A stretch of 64,000 bases of DNA from Acidobacteriota bacterium. Its GTDB lineage: Bacteria > Acidobacteriota > UBA6911 > RPQK01 > JAJDTT01. The stretch is taken from contig OZ242374.1 in the NCBI GenBank assembly GCA_965209055.1, positions 3,968,001 to 4,032,000 on the forward strand, in the 5' to 3' direction. Below are positions 56,502-64,000 of the stretch, piece by piece. A program made the position numbers and the translations under genes. The first letter of the stretch is position 1. Each line of letters begins with the position of its first letter. The notes under the pieces are model-generated. The model made no database searches. It had not been told where the DNA came from and saw nothing but the letters and a program-made list of their open reading frames with translations.

Positions 56502-58298
56502 TTATGCCGGGGCTCCGGTGGTCCTTCGCCGGGTAAACAGACCCAGCAGACCTGCGGAGAAGAGGGTCACCAGACAGGAACTGGGAAGCACCCACATCCA
56601 CGACACGGCCTTGACCTTGACCAAAAGGCGATTCCCCGCAATCTCGATGGAATCGTCGGGCCGGATCTGGGATTGGGAAACGAGCTCATCATTGATCCGG
56701 GTCCCGGCCAGGCTCTCCAACTGCCAGCCGTCCTCGGTTCGCCGGACGACGGCATGTCGTTCGGCCACCCCTACGCCGGTCAGGACGAACTCATTCTCGC
56801 CCGAATCCGATCCGATGGCGTTGTCCCGGTCCCTGGATGGTTCCCAGCGCATGGTCTCCGCCTGACCGGGCGCGTCCACGTAGATGAAGATGTCCGGGTG
56901 GGTTTGTATCCAGGTGGCGAGGGAGAGGTAAAAGCCGACGGCCATGCCCAGAAACCCCGACGCGATCATCATGGGGCCGGTGCAGCGGAAGCGCAGGAAG
57001 GCAGCGAAGAACATGCCTCCCAGAGCACCGGTGATGTAGCTGCTGATTCGAACGGTGAGATCGAAGAGATTGCCCCGGGTCTCTTCGGGAATCGTGTTGA
57101 GATAGAGGCAGAAGCCGACCGCGAACAGGCCGGCCAGAATAGTGATCGTCCGGGCCAGCTTCAGCTCGGCGGCCGCGTCGAGGGCCTTCTTGCGAAGACG
57201 GCGGAAGAAGTCGACCGTCAACACCGTGGCTACCCCGTGCATCCCCGAGTCCAGGCTCGACATGGCGGCCGAGAACAGCGCCGCCACCACCAGGCCGGCC
57301 AGTCCCCGAGGCATGCCGTGGGCGATGAAATGGGGAAAGGCCTGGTCGGGCGTGCCGGGAAGTTGTCCCAGGTAGAAGGAGTAGAGGGCCATGCCGGTGA
57401 GCCCCAGGGAGAGGGCAATGGTCATGTCGGCGCCGAGATTGGACGCGAAGGAGCGCCGGGCGCCCTGGACCGAGCCGGTAGTGAGGTACCGTTGGATGGC
57501 TACCTGATCCGAGCCGGCGGTGCAGGTCCACCAGAACATGGCGTAGATGGCCATGCCCAGGAGGCTGACCCGGACATAGGGGTCGAAGGCAAAGAAGGGT
57601 TGCGGCTCCCGTTCCGCCTGCATCACGTCGTTGAACCAGGTGGCGGGGCCGGTCCCGGTCTCGAAGAAGACGAATCCCACGGTAAACGCCAGGCCGGCGA
57701 AGAGGATGGCGAACTGGGCAACGTCGGTCCAGATCACCGCCCGCATTCCGCCCATGGTGGTATAGACGATGGCGATGGAGCCGATTCCCACCACCACCCA
57801 GATAAAGGGCAGGCCGGTCATCCGGACCATGGCGAAGGATGCGGTGTAGACGATCATCCCCATCCAGAACAGCCGATTGAGCATGAACAGGATCGACGCG
57901 AAGAGCCGGGCGCCGAGACCGTATTGCGTCTCCAGGTATTCATAGGCGCTGGTGAAACGCTTGCGCATGAAGAACGGGATCAGGACCAGAGTGACCAACG
58001 CCAGGGTGAAGGGAATGTGCATCTGTCCCCCCCAGATGCCCAGACCGTTCTTGATGATTTCGCCGGGACTGGAGAGGTAGCTGACCGTGGACAGGAGGGT
58101 GGCGAACATGCTCACGCCCACCACGAACCAAGGCATGCTCCGGCCCGCCATGAAGTACTCTTCCGTCGATTTCTGCCTCTTGCTGAAGTAGTAACCGGCG
58201 ATCAGCATCACGATGAAATAGAGGACGACGGCCCCGTAGTCGATGGATTGGAGGCCATCGAACAGGTCTGGTCTGCCCTGGTCGAGGGCTAGCAACAT
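56502..58298 (-). CDS. Sodium:solute symporter (SSS) with inserted FHA-like domain
   Basis: YFMAGR, SAYEYLE, GGMRAVIWTD, QRYL, AAMSSLDS; soluble insert before last helix. Confidence 0.9.
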   Translation of the reverse strand: MLLALDQGRPDLFDGLQSIDYGAVVLYFIVMLIAGYYFSKRQKSTEEYFMAGRSMPWFVVGVSMFATLLSTVSYLSSPGEIIKNGLGIWGGQMHIPFTLALVTLVLIPFFMRKRFTSAYEYLETQYGLGARLFASILFMLNRLFWMGMIVYTASFAMVRMTGLPFIWVVVGIGSIAIVYTTMGGMRAVIWTDVAQFAILFAGLAFTVGFVFFETGTGPATWFNDVMQAEREPQPFFAFDPYVRVSLLGMAIYAMFWWTCTAGSDQVAIQRYLTTGSVQGARRSFASNLGADMTIALSLGLTGMALYSFYLGQLPGTPDQAFPHFIAHGMPRGLAGLVVAALFSAAMSSLDSGMHGVATVLTVDFFRRLRKKALDAAAELKLARTITILAGLFAVGFCLYLNTIPEETRGNLFDLTVRISSYITGALGGMFFAAFLRFRCTGPMMIASGFLGMAVGFYLSLATWIQTHPDIFIYVDAPGQAETMRWEPSRDRDNAIGSDSGENEFVLTGVGVAERHAVVRRTEDGWQLESLAGTRINDELVSQSQIRPDDSIEIAGNRLLVKVKAVSWMWVLPSSCLVTLFSAGLLGLFTRRRTTGAPA

Positions 58299-58400
58299 GT
58301 GTTCACTCCTGTTCTCGCAGTGATGGAAGGTCGATTCGATGCCGGCCGGGTCCGCGCGGGGCCAAGAACTTCCCTTCGCGTTCCCAAATGCCCGGCGGGG

Positions 58401-59480
58401 CTATTTCGCTGCCCTGTAGATCGGCTCACCGAGCCCGTGGTCGTAATCCTGGTAGTGGGCGGCCAGGACATCGTGTCCGAAGTCCCCGTTCCAGTCTCGC
58501 CAGACCGTGTGGCTGTGGTTGGCCCGGTTCTGGGTGTTGGCGTATTCGATGAGAAAATCGGGCGTCTGGACCCGGTAGTAGACCCCTTCTCCGGGCTGGG
58601 TCCCTCCGGCCCAGGCGAAGTGGACTTTCGCCCTGGGCGTCCCGTCGAAGCGAGCCATTCTCCCCTTGGTAATGGCGGTGGATCCGTTGGCGGCGTACTC
58701 GTGCACCAGGCTCCTCAGCGCCTGGTACTGCTCATCGGTGAGCTCCGCGGCCGCCAGCCCGGGAGGCTCGTTGACCAACCGCGCCCGCTTATCGACGAAG
58801 CTCAGGATGTCCCTGTAGGCGACGTGTTGCACGACCGCCAGGTCGCGTTGTCCGGACTCCAGGCTCTGCAGCAACTGCTTGGCCTTGTCCTCTTCCGCGC
58901 CCAGCACCCTCAGGCCCTTGTCGGCTCCCCCGCGGACTTCGTGGGGATTGGCGCCGAGGAAGGCCGGAGTGGCGGAGACCAGCTTGCCGTCCCGGATGGT
59001 GAAGTTCAGGGAAAGATGGTGCCCTTCCAACCGCCAGCCCCAGGTCCCGGAAGCCGACGGCTTGCCGAAAACGGTGTAGTAGTAAGCTTCCCGGTCACGG
59101 TTTCCTGAAGTGTCGTTCTCCAGGATCCGGAGGATTTCCTCCAGTTGGATCACCCCCTGAACCTTGGAGAAGCCCTGCTCGCTCATCCCGGCCCGAAGCA
59201 GGTTGTGGGCCAGCTTCTCCTGCTTTTCGTCCATGTACTTGTAGCCGATGCCGGGCCGGGCGTAGCCGTAGGACCGCTGGTAGCCGCTGTCGGGAAAGTA
59301 GTGCCACTCCACCCGTTTCGCGCCGTCGAAGGAATACTGGGTCACGGCCTTCTGCATGGCGGAGAGGGAATCCAGGAAACGACTGGCTTCTCTGATCATG
59401 GCTTCACCATCCCCAGACGCACCGGAGGACGCAACCAGGGAGGCGGCGCCCAGCAACAGGACCAAGAGTCGAAGTCTCAT
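58401..59480 (-). CDS. DUF3500 domain-containing exported protein
   Basis: Signal peptide; WHYFP, WGWRLEGHHLSLN, P.FLGANP, YYRVQ, NHSHTVWRD..GDFG. Confidence 0.88.
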   Translation of the reverse strand: MRLRLLVLLLGAASLVASSGASGDGEAMIREASRFLDSLSAMQKAVTQYSFDGAKRVEWHYFPDSGYQRSYGYARPGIGYKYMDEKQEKLAHNLLRAGMSEQGFSKVQGVIQLEEILRILENDTSGNRDREAYYYTVFGKPSASGTWGWRLEGHHLSLNFTIRDGKLVSATPAFLGANPHEVRGGADKGLRVLGAEEDKAKQLLQSLESGQRDLAVVQHVAYRDILSFVDKRARLVNEPPGLAAAELTDEQYQALRSLVHEYAANGSTAITKGRMARFDGTPRAKVHFAWAGGTQPGEGVYYRVQTPDFLIEYANTQNRANHSHTVWRDWNGDFGHDVLAAHYQDYDHGLGEPIYRAAK

Positions 59481-59656
59481 CAGATCGCTCCATATGGTTC
59501 GAAGTGGTTCGCCGCCCCAGGGCCCCGGGTCGGGGGCGACCGGCGGTCGATTATATCCGGCGGATGAGGTTCCCGCCACCGGAGGACGGCCGGCGGCCGG
59601 CTTCCTTCCGGTTCGGTCTGGCCAGGTGACGCAATGCCGAAGGAACAGGGGACGAC

Positions 59657-60742
59657 TCAGGACTCAACGAATTGCGGAGGATCGATCCCGAACTTCCGGC
59701 TGGTCTCCTCGATCCAGGGGAGCACCGCGGGAGACACGGGTATGCCGTGGCGGACCCGGTGTTCGTAGGTCCGGTGCTCCAGCTCCCCGGGGATCAGGAC
59801 CTGGTCTTGACCGGCTACGGTAGGGGTCCGGTGCAGGGTATCGATCAAGTCATCCATCATGGCCTTGAACTGAGCCGCCGGCTGGAACGCGGAAACGTCG
59901 ATGGCCGCCACCCAGTGGTAATTCTCTCCGGCCACGATGCGGGGGCCGATGTTGCCGCCGGCCAGCACGCCGCAGAGAATCTCCACGATCAGTCCCAGCC
60001 CGTAGCCTTTGTGGCCGCCGTGGAGGAGACCTGCCCCGCCCAGTGGCAGGTGCGATCCGGACTGGAGACCGACGGTGGCATCCGTCAAGGGATCTCCTTG
60101 CTCGTCCACCATCCAACCTTCGGGCATCTTCTTCCTGGCCAGGTGGGAGAGATAGACCTTGCCTCCGGAGACCACGGTGGTGGCCATGTCCAGCTCGAAA
60201 GGGGGATGTTTCCCGGCAGGCGCCGCCATGCTCATGGGATTGGTGCCCAGACGCGCCTTGCGGCCGAAGGTGGGGACGGCGGCCGGCATGGTGCTGGTCA
60301 TGGTGAGGCCGATCATGTCCTGGGCCACGGCCATGAGGGGATAGTAGGCGCACATTCCCAGGTGCGTGCTCCGGGTCACCGAGACCATGCCGATGCCGTG
60401 GGTGCGAGCCCGTCCGATGGCCAGCTCCATGGCTTCCCAGGCCGCCACCTGGCCGAAGCCCCAGTCGCCGTCCAGCAGCAGAGCGGCGCCCTGGTCCCGG
60501 AGGATCTTCAGGTTCGGCTTCAGGTTGATCTCCTGCAGGTTGGGCTTGACCTGGTCGATGCGGTCCAGGTAGGGCTGGACACAGACGAAGACCCCGTGCG
60601 TGTCGACCCCTCTCAGGTCGGCCTTGATCATGACCTCGGTGACCCGCTCCGCATCCCGGGGCGGAGTCCCCTTGGCCAGGAGTATCTGCTCGGTCCAGCG
60701 GCGGAGGGGTCCGGCGTGGACGTAGGTTTCAGATGGGGTCAT
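59657..60742 (-). CDS. Ldh_2 family oxidoreductase (AllD/YiaK-like)
   Basis: ADLRGVDTHG, GFGQ, LGTNP, DMATT, HKGYGL, IPGE. Confidence 0.92.
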   Translation of the reverse strand: MTPSETYVHAGPLRRWTEQILLAKGTPPRDAERVTEVMIKADLRGVDTHGVFVCVQPYLDRIDQVKPNLQEINLKPNLKILRDQGAALLLDGDWGFGQVAAWEAMELAIGRARTHGIGMVSVTRSTHLGMCAYYPLMAVAQDMIGLTMTSTMPAAVPTFGRKARLGTNPMSMAAPAGKHPPFELDMATTVVSGGKVYLSHLARKKMPEGWMVDEQGDPLTDATVGLQSGSHLPLGGAGLLHGGHKGYGLGLIVEILCGVLAGGNIGPRIVAGENYHWVAAIDVSAFQPAAQFKAMMDDLIDTLHRTPTVAGQDQVLIPGELEHRTYEHRVRHGIPVSPAVLPWIEETSRKFGIDPPQFVES

Positions 60743-60791
60743 GGTCCTGCCTTTTGCTTCTTCGACACTGTCGGCATCTTGGTCCCCCGGA

Positions 60792-61703
60792 CTATGCGTT
60801 GGGCCACTGTCTCATGTCCAGAAGCCGCCGAGGAACCTCGATGACGGCTCGGTCGATCTCCTCCATGGTCTCCCTGCTCAACTCCCCTTGACCGATCCAA
60901 GCCAAGTTGTCCTCCAATTGTGCAAGGGTCTCAAGACCGGCCAGCACGCCGAGGACGCCGGGAAGGGATGCGACATAGCGAAGCGCCAGGGAGGCCAGGC
61001 CCTGGTCTCCCGCGATGCGGGCCAGCCGGCGGCGGACGGGATGCAGATCCTGAAGAAAGTCGGGCAGGTCGTCATCGGACAGTCCCAGAACGCCCTGCAG
61101 ATAGACGCTGCGGACAAACACCGAGATGCCCTGCCGCTCCGCCCGGACCGGGATCTCGCATTTCAGGAAACGCCGGTCCAGGACATTCAGGGGAACCTGG
61201 ATCGCTTCGATTCCCTCCAGGGACAGGGCCTCCAGCGCCTGTTCCGGTTCGTAGACCGAAACTCCCACGTGTTCGACGTAACCCTTCTCCTTCAGGGCCA
61301 GTGCGGCGTCCAGATAGGGCAGATCGTCGTAGCGGTGAAAAAGGCAGAGGGGCAACCGGTCCAGTCCCAGGTTTCGAAGCGCCCGGACGATCCCCCTTTC
61401 CAGAAACCGGTCGGGATGCTCGTCCCCGGATTGATGGACCCAGGGGAACTTGGTGATCACGAAGGCCCGGTCCCGCAATCCCAGGTCCTTCAGGGCCCGG
61501 CCCAGGACCATCTCCGACTCACCGTAGAGGGCCGCCGTGTCCAGGGCGTTCACGCCCCCCTCGAAGGCCCGTTCCAGGATCTTCAAGACAGCGCGGTAGG
61601 ACGGCTGACCCACCTGGTTGGCGATGCCGTAGTCGTAGCCGAACTGGGCGGTTCCCAGCACCAGTTGTGAAATCGTGTGTCCGTGAAACTTTACTGTCTT
61701 CAT
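60792..61703 (-). CDS. Aldo/keto reductase
   Basis: LGTAQFGYDYG, DTAALYGESE, TK, GVSVY, QVPLNVLDRR, RSVYLQG; start ATG 61703. Confidence 0.9.
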   Translation of the reverse strand: MKTVKFHGHTISQLVLGTAQFGYDYGIANQVGQPSYRAVLKILERAFEGGVNALDTAALYGESEMVLGRALKDLGLRDRAFVITKFPWVHQSGDEHPDRFLERGIVRALRNLGLDRLPLCLFHRYDDLPYLDAALALKEKGYVEHVGVSVYEPEQALEALSLEGIEAIQVPLNVLDRRFLKCEIPVRAERQGISVFVRSVYLQGVLGLSDDDLPDFLQDLHPVRRRLARIAGDQGLASLALRYVASLPGVLGVLAGLETLAQLEDNLAWIGQGELSRETMEEIDRAVIEVPRRLLDMRQWPNA

Positions 61704-61717
61704 GGCGCCGCGTGCAG

Positions 61718-63208
61718 TCACCCCTCCTTGTGCTGGGTCTGAATGGTCAAGCCTTGCAGTCTCCCGGGGGGAATTCGAGTCGTCGCGAGGCTCAACAGGT
61801 AACCCGTAACCAAAGTGACGACACTGCCCAGCGGGGCGTACCAGAGGAAGCTCATGGAGGTCCACTGGGCGGCCGCCACCACGGCGGCAACCCCGCAAAC
61901 GGCGCCGATCAAGACTCCGGGGGCCGTCGTCCGGGTCGAGAGCATGCCCAGCAGGAAGATGCCCAGCAGGCTCCCGGTGAAGAATCCGGCCAGGGTTTTG
62001 GAGGCGTTCAGAATGCCGGAGAAAAATGAGTCGACAAATAGGGCGCATACGGTGGCCACAGCGCCCCAGAAGACGGTGAAGAGGCGGGACACGTGCAGAT
62101 TAGTCCTCTCGTCGGCCTCGGCCCGAAAATAGCGCTGGTAGAGATCCTTCATCGTGGAGGTGGAGAGGGAGTTGATGGCGGAGTCGATGGTGGACATGGC
62201 GGCTGCGAACATGGCCGCGATGAAGACTCCCGAGATCCCTGCCGGGAGTTCGTGGACGACGAAATGGGGCAGGACGGCGTCACCCTTCAGTCCCTCGGCC
62301 AAGCGGGCCGGAAACTGCTGGTAGAAGACGTAGAGGGCGCCCCCGACGAAGAGGAGCAGTAGGGCGGCGGGGACGACCATGAATGCGTTCAGGATCATGG
62401 AATTGCGGCCCGCCCGGAGCGTCGGCGTGGTCAGGTACCGCTGCAGCGTGATCTGATCCGCTCCGTACATGGACAGATGAATGAAGAAACCGTTGATCAG
62501 TACCGCCACGAGTGTCACTTCCGCCCAACTGTTCCAACTGAGCTCGACGTGGAAGGGGCCTCCCTGGGAGGCCACCGCAACGATTTCTCCCAGGCCGCCG
62601 TCGACCCGGAGGATCAGGACGGCCGTCACGAGAATGAGTCCACCGAACAGGACAGCCGCCTGAACCACATCGGTCCAGATGACCGCCTTCATCCCGCCCA
62701 GGAGGGTGTAGAGCGTCGCCAGACCGCCGATAAGCAATATGGTCCAGCGTAGCTCCATTCCGGTCACGGTGGAGAGGACCAGAGAGGGTGCGTAGATGAC
62801 GACGGCCAGGTAGGTTCCCCTCAGGAAGAGGAAGAGCAGGCAGGATGCGAGCCGGACCGAGGGATCGAATCGGCGTTCCAGATACTCATAGGCGGTGAAG
62901 ACCCGGAGCCGGTGGTAGAAGGGCAGGAAAACCCAGATGACGATGGGGGTGACGATGGGAATGGTCACGAGGGTCAGTCCCAGGGTCAGGTCGTTCTCGT
63001 AGACCCAGCCGGGGCTGCCCAGCAGGCTGATGGCGGAGAACAGGGTAGCGAAGATGGAAACCCCCACCGCCACCCAGGGCATACGCCGGCCGGCCAGGAA
63101 GTAGTCTTCGGTGTTGTGCTGTCCCCGGAAGAAGAAGGACCCCATCCCCACGACCAGGACGATGTAGAAGATGAGGACGGCGTGGTCGAGAGCTGTGAAT
63201 CCCTGCAA
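61718..63208 (-). CDS. Sodium:solute symporter (SSS)
   Basis: YFLAGR, TAYEYLERRF, GGMKAVIWTD, QRYL, AAMSTIDSAINS; TTG start with GAGGT RBS. Confidence 0.93.
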   Translation of the reverse strand: MQGFTALDHAVLIFYIVLVVGMGSFFFRGQHNTEDYFLAGRRMPWVAVGVSIFATLFSAISLLGSPGWVYENDLTLGLTLVTIPIVTPIVIWVFLPFYHRLRVFTAYEYLERRFDPSVRLASCLLFLFLRGTYLAVVIYAPSLVLSTVTGMELRWTILLIGGLATLYTLLGGMKAVIWTDVVQAAVLFGGLILVTAVLILRVDGGLGEIVAVASQGGPFHVELSWNSWAEVTLVAVLINGFFIHLSMYGADQITLQRYLTTPTLRAGRNSMILNAFMVVPAALLLLFVGGALYVFYQQFPARLAEGLKGDAVLPHFVVHELPAGISGVFIAAMFAAAMSTIDSAINSLSTSTMKDLYQRYFRAEADERTNLHVSRLFTVFWGAVATVCALFVDSFFSGILNASKTLAGFFTGSLLGIFLLGMLSTRTTAPGVLIGAVCGVAAVVAAAQWTSMSFLWYAPLGSVVTLVTGYLLSLATTRIPPGRLQGLTIQTQHKEG

Positions 63209-64000
63209 TCGGACCTCAAGTCTGCGGTTCCTGATCCCGGCGGCTCAAGGCTTCCGGATTCCGGAGCCGCAGGCGAATATTCAACGACACCGTAACCCCG
63301 GACCGCAGGAACGAAGCCGAACATAAAGAGCGTCCCGTAGGGTGTCAAGATTGGAGGAACCAATGAGATCTTCGCGTAATGTTGGCGAGTGCTTCGGTGA
63401 CTTCGAGCAGACGGGCCGCGGGTCCACAGGTTGGGGTTCCACGGCAATGGGTGATCAAGCGTTCCCAATTGCCGCTCCCTTGCTCTATTGGCAAGGAGAC
63501 GGAGGTCACATAGGTATTCCCATTTGCAAGTGCGTCTGGTCAGCGGTAGATTAAGTGAAGATAGTCGCTGGCAGCGTGCTGTCGGCTCAAGGGCTGCTCT
63601 TCGGAGCGGCCCTTGCTATTTCTGGCTGTTCCTATGCGAACCAGAGTCTACTCATTTGTCCTGGGCGTTGGCAGGTTGCACCGAAGTTGGAGAATGTTGC
63701 GAGTCACTTCCGGCACATCCGCCCGGCGATGTTGAAAGCCGCGCAGTTTTCCAACCCGCTTCCAAGCACGATGATTTCAAAGCCGCCTAATTGGTAACGC
63801 GCTAACTACGGGAATGCCATCGTGAGCCAACCTCTCCTCAGAGTTCCGTGATGCCTTCATAGATGAAGGATGACTCAAAGATGCTTGTTCAGAGCCGTCA
63901 CAAGGGTGTTTTGTCATGCCATGTCTCCGGCAGCTTGAATGGGAACCCTGCTGTTCTTCCGCTGTGGCCGGACAATGGTGTGGTTGTGCGGCCGACCAGT

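Overview
GC-rich bacterial window. The gene set (GWxTD protein, Oar-type TonB-dependent receptor, ASPIC/UnbV proteins, CehA/McbA hydrolase, DUF6677) suggests an Acidobacteriota-like organism; this is inference. Most of it is housekeeping or catabolic: M32 carboxypeptidase, GlcD-like oxidase, NamZ, MtnP, Mce/MeaB, MetE-like, RadC, ZIP transporter, K+ channel, 2-oxoacid:ferredoxin oxidoreductase, HemG, SSS transporters. Three things stand out. (1) A ~21 kb exported-protein locus (22.4-43.5 kb). It has two paralogous lipoproteins fusing a c-type heme domain to a PHM/DBH-like dicopper monooxygenase domain (all six Cu ligands present) and TPRs. It also has three FG-GAP/ASPIC-UnbV proteins (one fused to a ligand-less SCO domain), three TPR proteins, a GWxTD protein and a TonB-dependent receptor. 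(2) A complete 2,450 bp IS1595-family element with perfect 22 bp TIRs and an 8 bp TSD. It carries a DNA methyltransferase with an Mrr-like tail and sits inside a ~250 bp hairpin-rich MITE-like element. (3) A sodium:solute symporter with an inserted degenerate FHA-like domain. No rRNA, tRNA or CRISPR array was seen. All calls rest on motifs read by eye; no searches were run.
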